A stretch of 64,000 nt of DNA from Macrostomum lignano (lineage: Eukaryota): NCBI GenBank assembly GCA_002269645.1, contig NIVC01003113.1, positions 54,774 to 118,773 on the forward strand, read 5' to 3'. The first letter of the stretch is position 1, and each line of letters opens with the position of its first letter. The position numbers and the translations under genes were made by a program. Of the stretch, positions 12,341-24,999 are shown piece by piece. The notes below the pieces were generated by a model. That model had not been told where the DNA came from. It searched no databases and saw only the letters and a program-made list of their open reading frames with translations.

Positions 12341-12876
12341 ATGTGGGTTTCCTGACAGATATTTTTCCTTTAAACAGATAATTCAAACAAAAAATGAATT
12401 CATGTTTCAGGATGCATTTCTTACTCTGACACCACATTCAGCTTTAAAATTTTAAAAGCAGAAATTTTCTGTCCTAAAGAAAAAACAATAGCATGAATGC
12501 AAAGTGTGCCAATTAAACACAAATTCAGTGGCACCCCTTTCAAACAAATTTTGGAAGAAAATATTTGGGGAACTACAAAAATACAATCATGTGTCTAAGA
12601 TGCCATTTCAAAGCTGAGAAATGCGTCATGCGTCAAGAAGTGATAAAAGTTCCAGAGCAAATGATTAAAGCATAGAGACGCAGCCATAAATCAGAGTTTT
12701 AGTTGATCAACGATCTTCAACCAAGATGAACCAAAACTTTGCTTTATCGCTCGCTACGTCTTTAAAGCTGAATCTGGCGTCATCTAAAGTAAGGAATGCA
12801 TCCCGAAACATGAATTCATTTTTTGTTCGAATTATCTGTTCAAAGGAAAAAATATCTGTCGGCAAACCCACCACAT
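12341..12876. mobile_element. ~540-bp foldback/MITE with ~110-bp terminal inverted repeats
   Basis: 12341-12448 aligns with the reverse complement of 12761-12876, with a few substitutions and indels. Confidence 0.75.
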
Positions 12877-14034
12877 CAAATAGGCATGTGATTGTGAAAT
12901 AACTCGCGCTGATCATGCACACAATGCCATTAAATTCAAATTGGAGCTGAAGATAAATAATTAGAGATAAAATAAACCATCAACAACAACAACGACAACA
13001 AACCAGTCTAAAGCTACAACTCAAATGTATATTTTAAATTAAGTTCATGCTATTATTTATGCTGATGTTTGCTTTCATTTGTTAAACTCTTGTTTTTGCG
13101 CATCTTTGACGTGAATAACTTACGCTGCATATGTTATATTCCGCACGTTGTCCGCATGTTAGGGCCTTTTCATATCGCTTTTTATAGTATAGTTCTTGAA
13201 CCAGATCCAACTTGTAAAGTATAACTTTGTTAACGTGCTATATACGTGTGCTATAAAGTTGTAATTATTCAATGACAATAGTCAAGAAGAAAGTGAAAAA
13301 CTGGGCAAGGTGAGGCTGTTTAGGCAGCCAAACGTCCAACAAAGTTAAATAATTATACTGCTTTTTGGAAGAGATCATCTAAACCGATTCTGCTTCCAGA
13401 ATGTGAAATCGGTATATGAATTAAAGCCTAGCTATATTCCGCACGTTATTCCAATTTTATATTGCACATATATTCCTCATGTCCGCACTGCACAATATTC
13501 AACATGTTTTTCCGCATGTTTGCTAGGAATTTTTCAAGGAGGTGTACTGTAATTTTTAAACATTAAAACATTAATTAATAATTAATAAGCAACATTAAAT
13601 TTTGCACTTTTGGCACATTTTTAATGTTACGAGAATGCCTATAACATGTACATGTACATAAGAAATGCTTTTCGATATCTAAATCTCGTCTGCATGAATG
13701 CAAATTAATAATTTCGTCATTTTCCCGAATTGCGAATGTATGCTTACGGTACGTAACATTAATTGACTGCAACAAAGTCAGTTGTACAGAATTGTATGTA
13801 CATGTAGATCTTATAGATTTTACATCTTTCGAGTTACAGCAGAAAGCAGGGTGGCAGTGAGATCAGGAGAGTGAAATTAAGAAGAGAATTGAGTGCTGAC
13901 AATTAACTTATCACTTAAAAATTGAAGAATCACCTCGATCATATACAACACTAAGGTCTCCATCGAGCAAATATAGTCTTTTGCTACTGAAAGAAGTTTC
14001 CACTTTAATAAAATATTTATAAGTATCTATACTG

Positions 14035-14600
14035 CCAGGGGCGTCGCCATGGATTTTATGGTGGGGGGACAAAATGAGTGCCTGTGGCACCAAAATGAGT
14101 GCCTGTGGCACCTAAATGAATGCCTGTGGCACCAAAATGAGTCTCTGCAGCGCCAAAATGAGTGTCTGCAGCGCCAAAATGAGTGCCTGTGGCACCAAAA
14201 TGAGTGCCTGTGGCACCAAAATGCAGAGTGTCTGCAGCGCCAAAATGAGTGTCTGCGGCACCAAAATGAGTGCCTGCGGCACCAAAATGAGTGCCTGTGG
14301 CACCAAAATGCAGAGTGTCTGCAGCGCCAAAATGAGTGTCTGCGGCACCAAAATGAGTGTCTGCGGCACCAAAATGAGTGTCTGTGGCACCAAAATGAGT
14401 GTCTGTGGCACCAAAATGAGTGCCGGTGGTACCAAAATGAGTGTTTGCGGCGCCAAAATGAGTGCCTTCGGCGCCAAAATGAGAACCTGTGGCGCTAAAA
14501 TGACCAATACTGCGGTGCCAAAATGAGCGCTGACAACACGATTATCAAAATAATGGAACTGTAGGAATCTAGTCATGTAATGCACATGTACATGTACATG
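14035..14600 (+). repeat. Dispersed repeat carrying an internal 21-bp tandem array (ATGAGTGCCTGYGGCRCYAAA)
   Basis: Starts caggggcgtcgcc; array at ~14069-14525; tail tgacaacacgatta...ggaatctagtcatgta is shared with the copy at 38395-39350. Confidence 0.8.
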
Positions 14601-15411
14601 TTGAATTCTTGACTGTGCCCCCCATGCAACGCCCCATGGCCAGGCCGTGTCGCTCAGCCTGCGCAGAGGCACGGTTTTAATTAAGTACAGCAACTGCCCA
14701 TTGACAGGTCCAGTGTTGAGAGATTGTTCTGGTTTCCCCTCACTCTGAAAAGTCTCTGAAAAGTTGTGTTACAATGTCATGAAATAATTCAACTATAATA
14801 TCAATCACAGTATTTGTGCTGATTTCAATGTCGTTACTCATGCACTGTGGTAAGTAGTATCTGGTGAACTTGATTTGATTCTTGTAGAATATGGATTCAA
14901 TTTACTAGGCCAAGTAAATACACATTTATTTATTTAATTGAGACATACTACGAGGAACATAGTTTCAGAACAGGGAAAACTAATTAAAACCCTAATCAGC
15001 TAGTTAGCTTTTAATTGACATTGAAAGTCAAGATGGAAATTTTTTAGAACGCAGTTGATTGACATGCAAATGCATCGATTTACAGGCAACCCAGACAGCG
15101 CGTAATTTGAATTAGTGTAAAACAACAAACTATAGTCAAACAGGGGCCAAATCGATAGCTATTTAAGCAGTAAGTTGGCTCGGATGAAAATTTAAAAACT
15201 ATGGTTAAAAAATTTCTTTGATAAGTAAAAAATCCACTGTTTTATTTTCTTTCGTCAGTTTAAGATACATTTTTCAAAAGTAAAATGAAATGAATAGTTC
15301 AGAGGCTTGATTTGGAAGTACTTTAAGAGGACAAAATTTCTACTATCGTATTAATTGTCAACTGTTCTGGTGAAGACCCCATTTTAATTACCTGAAATTA
15401 AAATTAATGCT

Positions 15412-16720
15412 TTTGATTCATTCCCGCCACCTTCAACACCGTTTCCGCTCCTTCATGTCACCCTTCCCGCTCCTTCATGTCACCCTTCCCGCTCCTTCAT
15501 GCCACCCTTCCCGCTCCTTCATGTCACCCTTCCCGATCCTTCATGTCACCCTTCCCGCTCCTTCAGGCCACCCTTCCCGCTCCTTCATGTCACCCTTCCC
15601 GCTCCTTATTCATGCCACCCTTCCCGCTCCTTCATGTCACCCTTCCCGCTCCTTATTCATGCCACCCTTCCCGCTCCTTCATGTCACCCTTCCCGATCCT
15701 TCATGTACTCACCCTTCCCGCTCCTTCATGTCACCCTTCCCGCTCCTTCATGTCACCCTTCCCGCTCCTTCAGGCCACCCTTCCCGCTCCTTATTCATGT
15801 CACCCTTCCCGCTCCTTCAGGCCACCCTTCCCGCTCCTTCATGTCACCCTTCCCGCTCCTTCATGTCACCCTTCCCGCTCCTTCATGTCACCCTTCCCGC
15901 TCCTTCATGTCACCCTTCCCGCTCCTTCAGGCCACCCTTCCCGCTCCTTCATGTCACCCTTCCCGCTCTTTCAGGCCACCCTTCCCGCTCCTTCATGTCA
16001 CCCTTCCCGCTCCTTCAGGCCACCCTTCCCGCTCCTTCATGTCACCCTTCCCGCTCCTTCATGTCACCCTTCCCGCTCCTTCATGTCACCCTTCCCGCTC
16101 CTTCATGTCACCCTTCCCGCTCCTTCATGTCACCCTTCCCGCTCCTTCATGTCACCCTTCCCGCTCCTTCATGCCACCCTTCCCGCTCCTTCATGTCACC
16201 CTTCCCGCTCTTTCAGGCCACCCTTCCCGCTCCTTCATGTCACCCTTCCCGCTCCTTCAGGCCACCCTTCCCGCTCCTTCATGTCACCCTTCCCGCTCCT
16301 TCATGTCACCCTTCCCGCTCCTTCATGTCACCCTTCCCGCTCCTTCATGTCACCCTTCCCGCTCCTTCATTTCACCCTTCCCGCTCCTTCATGTCACCCT
16401 TCCCGCTCCTTCATGTCACCCTTCCCGATCCTTCATGTCACTCTTCCCGCTCCTTCATGTCACCCTTCCCGCTCCTTCATGTCACCCTTCCCGCTCCTTC
16501 ATGTCACCCTTCCCGCTCCTTCAGGCCACCCTTCCCGCTCCTTATTCATGTCACCCTTCCCGCTCCTTCAGGCCACCCTTCCCGCTCCTTCAGGCCACCC
16601 TTCCCGCTCCTTCATGTCACCCTTTCCGCTCCCTCATGTCACCCTTCCCGCTCCTTCAGGACACCCTTCCCGCTCCTTCATGTCACCCTTCCCGCTCCCT
16701 CATGCCACCCTTTCCGGTCC
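15412..16720. repeat. 22-bp minisatellite (ATGTCACCCTTCCCGCTCCTTC)n
   Basis: Directly visible. The 22-aa-period ORFs in all three frames are a by-product of the array. Confidence 0.97.
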
Positions 16721-17511
16721 TCCAGGCCAACCTAGCCACCTCTCGTTCCTTCTCGGCCACAATTCCCTATCCTTCGGGCCGTGGAACCATCATTTGAAAC
16801 CACGGGATTCATCTGCCTATTTTGTTTCAGCAATTCCTAGACAAATTCGCACACGAAAGCAAGCCGCTATGCGTTTTATTTTTTGGGAAAAATGCATTTC
16901 AAACAGCCATATAATTTGGCGATGCCAATCCATCTCATTTTCAATGCCCGGGACAGATGACTGCAAAAGATGACTTGGACGCGTCAAAAATATGTGGACA
17001 ACTGGATCGGGTCGGCCGCTGCTTTCGGCCCATAGATTGATTGTCCGCGGCACCGCAGTCTCTCGCACAAGAAAGATGGAGATGGGAAAATAAATCAAGC
17101 CTGTCTCAGGTACCAGCAAGGTTTGTATAGGCGCAGTCGGAGTTGGCGCACAGTTTTGCTCAATAATTAACACCTCCTGCGGGTCCCAGAGCACTTAAGG
17201 TTTGGAGCGCTATTGGGGAGGTCCGAGATGGCCGGGGATTGATGATGAGCGCGAGTGGAGCTGACTAGGGGATTAAGGAAAAGCTATAGGCCTCAGCCTA
17301 GGCGTGTATAGGAGAGTGACTACGGCTGTCAACACGTCGGATGGACCAATGAGGACACTGCAGTTGAGCGTAAACTTCTTTAAATAGGAGCCAGACAGAC
17401 AGTGGCCCGGAGCTCGCGAACTCAAACGTCAGCTGCTGCAAGCGCCAAGCCAACCCCCAGAAATTAAGCCTTTAATAAGTTTGCCCGTAGATACAGTTGA
17501 CACACAAGCAA

Positions 17512-18293
17512 ATGGCTGCCGCGTGCAAGACAATCCTGGGCCTGTGCATTGCGCTCTCCTGCCTGACAATGCTACCGCAGCAGGCGGCCTGCTCAGCTGT
17601 CGAATATCCGGGCGATGGTGAGTTCGAAACTCGAGAAAGTCTGCCTGTTGCTATTCTATCTTCGAGTATCAAACTAGATTTTCTCGCTCACTCCATTTAG
17701 CGCCTCGATCGATCCATTAGAAATGATGAATTATTTAAATACGAATTGGCAAAAACTTTGTCGCGGCTATTAGCGTCGAAAAATGTTTAGCATTTCTGCT
17801 GGCGAATCCTTTACCAACTCAACTATAAAGAGATTTGATCTTTGCAGACAGCCTGGACTTCGCTGAGGGCTACCAGAGACAGCCAGCTGAGCTGCGCGAA
17901 GAAGAGCAGCTGCACTCGTTGGCCAAGCGAGGTTGGCAGAGTTTTTTATGATCACTTTTGAACTGTAGGCCGCTCAAAGCAGCAAAAAATACACAGAGAT
18001 ACAGAGAGAGCAAACACTGCAGATTCCCTGCATAACAGTTGTAAAAACAGCAGGCCAGATTTCTCCCAGTCAAATATTTGCAGCCAGAGCTGAAGCTGGT
18101 TGACAGATGCAATGCAGATAGGAAAGGAGCGGACACCTCAAAGCAAATGTTGAGAATAATCCGCATTCGCAATTAATACCCAACCTTTGCAGTGTCTCTG
18201 CAGCGGCTCCTGACCCGGCTAAGGCCAGTCGGCAACAACAAGAGGCAGAGCAAGCTGCCGCCAATCTCCACCCTGAGATTTGGCCGCGGTTAA
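17512..18293 (+). CDS. Secreted RFamide-type neuropeptide precursor (96 aa, 3 exons)
   Basis: Exons 17512-17617, 17848-17931 and 18193-18293, joined by phase-1 GT-AG introns. Protein: MAAACKTILGLCIALSCLTMLPQQAACSAVEYPGD-DSLDFAEGYQRQPAELREEEQLHSLAKR-VSLQRLLTRLRPVGNNKR-QSKLPPISTLRFGRG*. It has a hydrophobic signal peptide, an acidic spacer, two KR sites and RF-G-R. The second donor (gttggc) is weak. Confidence 0.75.
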
Positions 18294-18619
18294 CTAATTA
18301 ATATGAACCAAATTATTATAATAACTTCAGTCGTAACCCACCCGCAAGACTGTCGATCCTGACTGAATTGTTCCCAACAGGCGATTAAGCAACGAGCAGT
18401 AGGATTAAAATAAACTGGAAACAGCAATCTTGTTGAGCGAAATATAAATTCTAATCAAATTGCTGGATATCATATCAGCAACTGATGGACTTGACTTACC
18501 CCTACATGTTAATTTATATGAAATACTAACATCAGGGAGGACAAAACCACCTAGCTACTCCATGCCTTAACGTTGCATGGAAAACATTTTGAAACTTTTT
18601 TCCCACTGGCTGCAAGTCG

Positions 18620-19128
18620 ACTGTGATCTGCGGCAGGGCCCAGGTGTCAGTCAGCCTCATTCAAGAATCAGTCAAAAGTGACAGCCCGACTGTCGCCTGT
18701 GGTCTGCGGCAGGGCCCAGGTGTCAGCCTCATTCAAGAATCAGTCAAAAGTGACAGCCCGACTGTCGCCTGTGGTCTGCGGCAGGGCCCAGGTGTCAGCC
18801 TCATTCAAGAATCAGTCAAAAGTGACAGCCCGACTGTCGCCTGTGGTCTGCGGCAGGGCCCAGGTGTCAGCCTCATTCAAGAATCAGTCAAAAGTGACAG
18901 CCCGACTGTCGCCTGTGGTCTGCGGCAGGGCCCAGGTGTCAGCCTCATTCAAGAATCAGTCAAAAGTGACAGCCCGACTGTCGCCTGTGGTCTGCGGCAG
19001 GGCCCAGGTGTCAGCCTCATTCAAGAATCAGTCAAAAGTGACAGCCCGACTGTCGCCTGTGATCTGCGGCAGGGCCCAGGTGTCAGCCTCATTCAAGAAT
19101 CAGTCAAAAGTGACAGCCCGACTGTAGC
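18620..19128. repeat. 72-bp tandem repeat, ~7 copies
   Basis: Unit gtgacagcccgactgtcgcctgtggtctgcggcagggcccaggtgtcagcctcattcaagaatcagtcaaaa; copies nearly identical. Confidence 0.97.
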
Positions 19129-19468
19129 GTCACGACCCTGGTTCGATTCCGTGCGCGGCCTGCACATTCATTTCCTTGTCCTGCGATTCACAGGCATGAG
19201 GGCCCAACCCCCAATGCACACAGAGTGTACATGCCTATTGTTAATTTTATAAGCGAAGGCCTTTTACTAAGACTGCCTCTTCCCACCAGTGCAGTAAAAT
19301 TCCCTTGAAAACAAATACTAAATAACAAATTTAGCAAAGATAAATACACACTCGTAGTCGATTAAAAATAAATAATTTATACACGTAAAAATGCAGTTGA
19401 AACGTTCGTGTCCGTAAGTAATATTCCATGTATTTTGCTACGCTCAGATGACACAAAAGGTCGGCAAT

Positions 19469-21660
19469 TTAGGACCCAAAGTCCAAATGGTCTTCAACGT
19501 TGAACTGTGGCCCGCCGCCAACTGCGCCGATTTCGCCTTCGCAGTCGCCGTCGCCGTTTACTCGCTCATGCTCGGCGCCGCCTTCTGCTGCTTCATAGTC
19601 CCGCTCCTGCGGTTCCAGGTCCTCGCCGTACTGTAGGGCCATGTCCACCTGACATTGAAAAATTCACAGGGTACAGATTCACAGACTTTACGGTGCAGAT
19701 TCACAGACATTCACGGTACAGATTCACAGACATTCACGATGCAGATTCACGGACATTCACGGTACAGATTCACAGACATTCACATGCAGATTCACGGACA
19801 TTCATACGGTGCAGATTCACAGACATTCACGATGCAGATTCACAGACATTCACGGTACAGATTCACAGACATTCACATGCAGATTCACGGACATTCATAC
19901 GGTGCAGATTCACAGACATTCACGATGCAGATTCACAGACATTCATACGGTGCAGATTCACAGACATTCACGATGCAGATTCACAGACATTCACGGTACA
20001 GATTCACAGACATTCACATGCAGATTCACAGACATTCATACGGTGCAGATTCACAGACATTCACGATGCAGATTCACAGACATTCACGGTACAGATTCAC
20101 AGACATTCACATGCAGATTCACAGACATTCACGTTACAGATTCACAGACATTCACGTTACAGATTCACGGATATTTACGCGGAGCAGATTCACAGACATT
20201 CACGATACAGATTCACGAATATTCACGATGCAGATTCAGACATTCACGGAGAAATTTTCATAAGCAAACACGGCAGAGTCCCTATGACATACCTGCAGCA
20301 GAGCATCCGTCACGCACTGCTCGTCGCTAACATCGAATGGCACAAATCGCACCAAACTATAGCTGTCAATCAAGTCTACAACTGCAGCGTTCAATCCGGC
20401 ATAGCGGGCAGAAAGGGGGCCGCCGTGTTCAGCCAGCAGGTGAGCCAGGTCCGGCTCCAGGTAGTCGGCTAATTGACGCTTCTGAGCCCGACTGAGCAGG
20501 TCCAGCTTGCTAAGCAGATTAACGTGCGGCAGCTCCAGATTAACCATGGCCGACAGGGCGGCGAACAGGCCCGAGACCAGTTTGCACGGATCCACAAGGA
20601 ACTGCGAGTCCAGCACGAACACCGAACAGAGGCGGAACTCGCGAGACTGTAAATAGTCCACAATCTGCCGCATCACGGGCAGGTGGCAGTACAGCTCGAT
20701 CTGGCCGGGACAGTCTAGCAGAAGGTATTCGTCCTCTGCCACGGCGTCTAATGCGTTGTCAAGCCAGTCCAGATTGTGCGCCAAGTAGTCCATGCAGAAT
20801 ACAAGGCCGCCATTGGGACCGAAGGCCAATTCGGAGTCCTCCATGGCGTCGTGGACCTGGTTGGATTGAAGAGGAGAGAATATCAAATCACGAATCACAG
20901 GCACACAAATACATATACAGGTGCACACCCAGACAGGATGTACTCGTATAGCGGCCACGGACTTTCTAATTGTTAAATACTTCTTTGTGTTTTGGGGGTT
21001 GGCAGCCGTAGCCTAGTTGTCTGATGTAGGCTCGATTCCAAGTGCAGTCACATCAATTTGGGGCTGAATTGGAATCTCGGCTTGGCTCTGCTCGTGAAAT
21101 TAACGCCCTTGAAGACCAACCCCCAAGGCACAGTGAAGTGTACATGCCCAACGATAAATAAAGTTAGGGCCGCTGTACACTCCTGTGTGAGTGTGTGCCT
21201 GTGGGTATGACTGCGTACGTATCCGCGCGCTTGTGTGCCTGCTCAGGGGAGTCGTTGCACTTTCCGACTGATTATCAAGACTTGAGAGAATTTGCGACAG
21301 TCAAGAAACGAGTTTGAGGAGTCTTAGTCAGCTGGCACAAAGCACTTAGCTAGGAACTTATCAGTAGACAAATAAGTTATGAAAAAATCCCATTCAACTA
21401 CTATTGTACTGCAATCATTTTTGCACATTCTCTTCTTGCTACTCGTTAGTAGACGATTTTTGATTCCCGTATAATGTTAATCGCACCTGGATAAGATCTC
21501 GAACGTCAGCAACAGGCTGATAGTCGAAATGCTCAGCGGCCGGATCCAAATTGGCCACTAGAATTCGTCGTCGACAGGCTTCAGCATGGCGCTGCAAGTT
21601 GGCGCAGTAGGTGCTCTTGCCGCTGCCGGCCGGACCGATCACTAGCTGGGCGTAGCGGGT
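19469..21660 (-). CDS. GPN3: GPN-loop GTPase 3
   Basis: Exons 21660-21487, 20856-20293 and 19648-19469, all phase 0, GT-AG. Motifs [39 protein letters not shown] and LQYGEDLE. No genomic ATG at the N-terminus; coding starts immediately after ctgcag. Confidence 0.95.
19665..20255. repeat. 22-25-bp minisatellite (CAGATTCACAGACATTCAC...) in the last GPN3 intron
   Basis: Directly visible; explains the overlapping repetitive ORFs at 19507-20472. Confidence 0.95.
21005..21254 (+). mobile_element. tRNA-derived SINE, truncated copy
   Basis: B-box ggctcgattcc; body aacgataaataaagttagggccgctgtacactcctgtgtgagtgtgtgcc is shared with the copies at 46949 and 60938. Confidence 0.85.
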
Positions 21661-21694
21661 CTGCAGTGAGCCGACGGGCAAGACTCTATGCTGC

Positions 21695-23282
21695 TTGCGG
21701 GCGGAATGCACTGCTGGGTCTGATGCAACTGCTGCTTTCACTATTGGGTCTGATGCAATTGCTGCTTTCACTATTGGGTCTGATGCAACTGCTGCTTGCG
21801 GGCGGAATGCACTGCTGGGTCTGATGCAACTGCTGCTTTCACTATTGGGTCTGATGCAATTGCTGCTTTCACTATTGGGTCTGATGCAACTGCTGCTTTC
21901 ACTATTGGGTCTGATGCAATTGCTGCTTTCACTATTGGGTCTGATGCAACTGCTGCTTTCACTATTGGGTCTGATGCAACTGCTGCTTTCACTATTGGGT
22001 CTGATGCAACTGCTGCTTTCACTATTGGGTCTGATGCAACTGCTGCTTTCACTATTGGGTCTGATGCAACTGCTGCTTTCACTATTGGGTCTGATGCAAC
22101 TGCTGCTTTCACTATTGGGTCTGATGCAACTGCTGCTTTCACTATTGGGTCTGATGCAACTGCTGCTTTCACTATTGGGTCTGATGCAATTGCTGCTTTC
22201 ACTATTGGGTCTGATGCAACTGCTGCTTTCACTATTGGGTCTGATGCAACTGCTGCTTTCACTATTGGGTCTGATGCAACTGCTGCTTTCACTATTGGGT
22301 CTGATGCAACTGCTGCTTTCACTATTGGGTCTGATGCAACTGCTGCTTTCACTATTGGGTCTGATGCAACTGCTGCTTTCACTATTGGGTCTGATGCAAC
22401 TGCTGCTTTCACTATTGGGTCTGATGCAACTGCTGCTTTCACTATTGGGTCTGATGCAACTGCTGCTTTCACTATTGGGTCTGATGCAACTGCTGCTTTC
22501 ACTATTGGGTCTGATGCAATTGCTGCTTTCACTATTGGGTCTGATGCAACTGCTGCTTTCACTATTGGGTCTGATGCAACTGCTGCTTTCACTATTGGGT
22601 CTGATGCAACTGCTGCTTTCACTATTGGGTCTGATGCAATTGCTGCTTTCACTATTGGGTCTGATGCAACTGCTGCTTTCACTATTGGGTCTGATGCAAC
22701 TGCTGCTTTCACTATTGGGTCTGATGCAACTGCTGCTTTCACTATTGGGTCTGATGCAACTGCTGCTTTCACTATTGGGTCTGATGCAATTGCTGCTTTC
22801 ACTATTGGGTCTGATGCAACTGCTGCTTTCACTATTGGGTCTGATGCAACTGCTGCTTTCACTATTGGGTCTGATGCAACTGCTGCTTTCACTATTGGGT
22901 CTGATGCAACTGCTGCTTTCACTATTGGGTCTGATGCAACTGCTGCTTTCACTATTGGGTCTGATGCAACTGCTGCTTTCACTATTGGGTCTGATGCAAC
23001 TGCTGCTTTCACTATTGGGTCTGATGCAATTGCTGCTTTCACTATTGGGTCTGATGCAACTGCTTCTTGCACTACTCGGTCTGATGCAGCTGCTGCTAGC
23101 ACTACTAGGTCTGATGCAACTGCTGCTAGCACTATTGGGTCTGATGCAACTGCTGCTTTCACTATTGGGTCTGATGCAACTGCTGCTTTCACTATTGGGT
23201 CTGATGCAATTGCTGCTTTCACTATTGGGTCTGATGCAACTGCTGCTAGCACTACTCGGTCTGATGCAACTGCTGCTAGCGG
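21695..23282. repeat. 30-bp minisatellite (ACTATTGGGTCTGATGCAACTGCTGCTTTC)n between RPL12 and GPN3
   Basis: About 50 near-identical units with an interspersed AAT variant; degenerate units at the 23050-23282 end. Confidence 0.98.
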
Positions 23283-23606
23283 GCACTACCTGGTGATATT
23301 TCAAAACGACTGCAGCTGACTGTAGATGATTAGGAGTTGATAAATACACGACTGGAACTGAGCTTTAGCTAGACACAATCAACCCAAAGTTTCACTAACA
23401 TGGAAGATCTAAACATGGAAGAATTGAACGAAAATGTATAAAAATGAGTGAAGCGAAGACAGAGGCGATTTCTTCCAGAGAACACGCAGACCTCAGTCTG
23501 GCTTTATCAATTAGCCAATCAATTTATTTTTTTACTTAGTTGTACTCTCCCAACAACAGACGCATATAGCAGCCGGTGTGTCAATCGCTAACAACAGTTT
23601 CAATTG

Positions 23607-24101
23607 TCATTCTGGCACAGCATAGGAGCCGTCGTTAACCTTGTCAATAATGTCGTGCGGATTGGAGCCGTCCACTGTGCAGCCTACAGATTGGGCTGTG
23701 CCGAGAATCTCCTTCACAGTGCCAGCCATGGTCTTAGCCATCGATCTCGGCCGCATAGTCTTGGCAATGTCGACCACCTCGTCGAAGGTAATGTTGCCGG
23801 TGTGTTTCACGTGCTTCACTTTTTTGCGATCGCGCGGCGGCTCGTTTAGCGCGCGAATGACCAAAGCTGAAGCGGTGGGGACCACGCTAGCCACGGCCTG
23901 GCGATTCTGAATAACCAGCTTCACCGTAACCTTCAGGCCTTTCCACTCTTTAGTAGCCTTGGCAATATCTTCGCCGACCTTCTTTGGCGACAGGCCTAGC
24001 GGACCGATCTTCGGCGCCAGCGAGGCTGTGGCGCCAACTTCGCCGCCGACGGCGCGCAAGTAGACAATGTTAATAGCGGTGGGATCGATCTTGGGCGGCA
24101 T
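23607..24101 (-). CDS. RPL12: 60S ribosomal protein L12 (uL11), intronless
   Basis: 164-aa ORF MPPKIDP...[33 protein letters not shown]...[21 protein letters not shown] on the minus strand at ~23523-23528. Confidence 0.97.
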   Translation of the reverse strand: MPPKIDPTAINIVYLRAVGGEVGATASLAPKIGPLGLSPKKVGEDIAKATKEWKGLKVTVKLVIQNRQAVASVVPTASALVIRALNEPPRDRKKVKHVKHTGNITFDEVVDIAKTMRPRSMAKTMAGTVKEILGTAQSVGCTVDGSNPHDIIDKVNDGSYAVPE

Positions 24102-24244
24102 CGCTATTGGTTACGATTGCTGCTGCATGCATAAAAAATTAAAATAGATTATTATACTACTGATCAGTTATTGAGTAGCACTGACTGACTACACTTTAAA
24201 ATATACACTTTTAAAGTTAAAATATACACTTTAGACAGCGTGCT

Positions 24245-24755
24245 GAGCAAATAGCCCTACTACTAGAGTATCTGGGATGTCAGTAGCCCTACTAGAGTAT
24301 CTGGGATGTCAGTAGCCCTACTAGAGTATCTGGGATGTCAGTAGCCCTACTAGAGTATCAGGGGTCAGTCAATAGCCCTACTAGAGTATCAGGGGTCAGT
24401 CAATAGCCCTACTAGAGTATCAGGGGTCAGTCAATAGCCCTACTAGAGTATCAGGGGTCAGTCAATAGCCCTACTAGAGTATCAGGGGTCAGTCAATAGC
24501 CCTACTAGAGTATCAGGGGTTAGTTAATAGTCCTACTAGAGTATCAGGGGTCAGTCAATAGCCCTACTAGAGTATCAGGGGTTAGTCAATAGCCCTACTA
24601 GAGTATCAGGGGTCAGTCAATAGCCCTACTAGAGTATCAGGGGTTAGTCAATAGCCCTACTAGAGTATCAGGGGTTAGTCAATAGCCCTACTAGAGTATC
24701 AGGGGTTAGTCAATAGTCCTACTAGAGTATCAGGGGTTAGTTAATAGTCCTACTG
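24245..24755. repeat. 29-31-bp minisatellite (GTCAATAGCCCTACTAGAGTATCAGGG...)
   Basis: Directly visible, between the 60-aa ORF and RPL12. Confidence 0.95.
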
Positions 24756-24999
24756 AAGTATCTACTGAACTAACTAGACCCAGAATTAATTAACAGTAAA
24801 TATAAGTAAACAACCTAAGCACCCAAATAACTGGGTTAAAGTACAGAATGCACAGTACAAATAATTTATTTATTAATATCTACAATTTCAATTGTGAAAT
24901 CTAACGCACACAAGTACTCTAGCACAAACACACTCGATAAAGATCTAAATCGCATTGAAACCGAATCCATCAACTGTTCATTTTTTCGCTCAGTAGTAA

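Noticed and set aside
15407-16973. Three long overlapping ORFs (432-498 aa)
   Set aside because: Stop-free readings of a 22-bp minisatellite in all frames; no protein-like complexity.
16790-17210. GC-balanced stretch with a 125-aa minus-strand ORF
   Set aside because: No recognisable motif in any frame; could be a TE remnant but I cannot support a call.
17870-18264. Cys-rich minus-strand ORFs
   Set aside because: No ATG or coherent splicing; they are the antisense of the neuropeptide precursor exons and intron.
19120-19170. tRNA-like 3' half (ctgtag...ggttcgattcc) after the 72-bp array
   Set aside because: No acceptor stem or D-arm can be folded; at most a SINE or tRNA fragment.
21439-23349. 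636-aa ORF fusing a [10 protein letters not shown] repeat to the GPN3 N-terminus
   Set aside because: Starts at GTG, the repeat part is a 30-bp array, and a good acceptor sits exactly where GPN3 homology starts.
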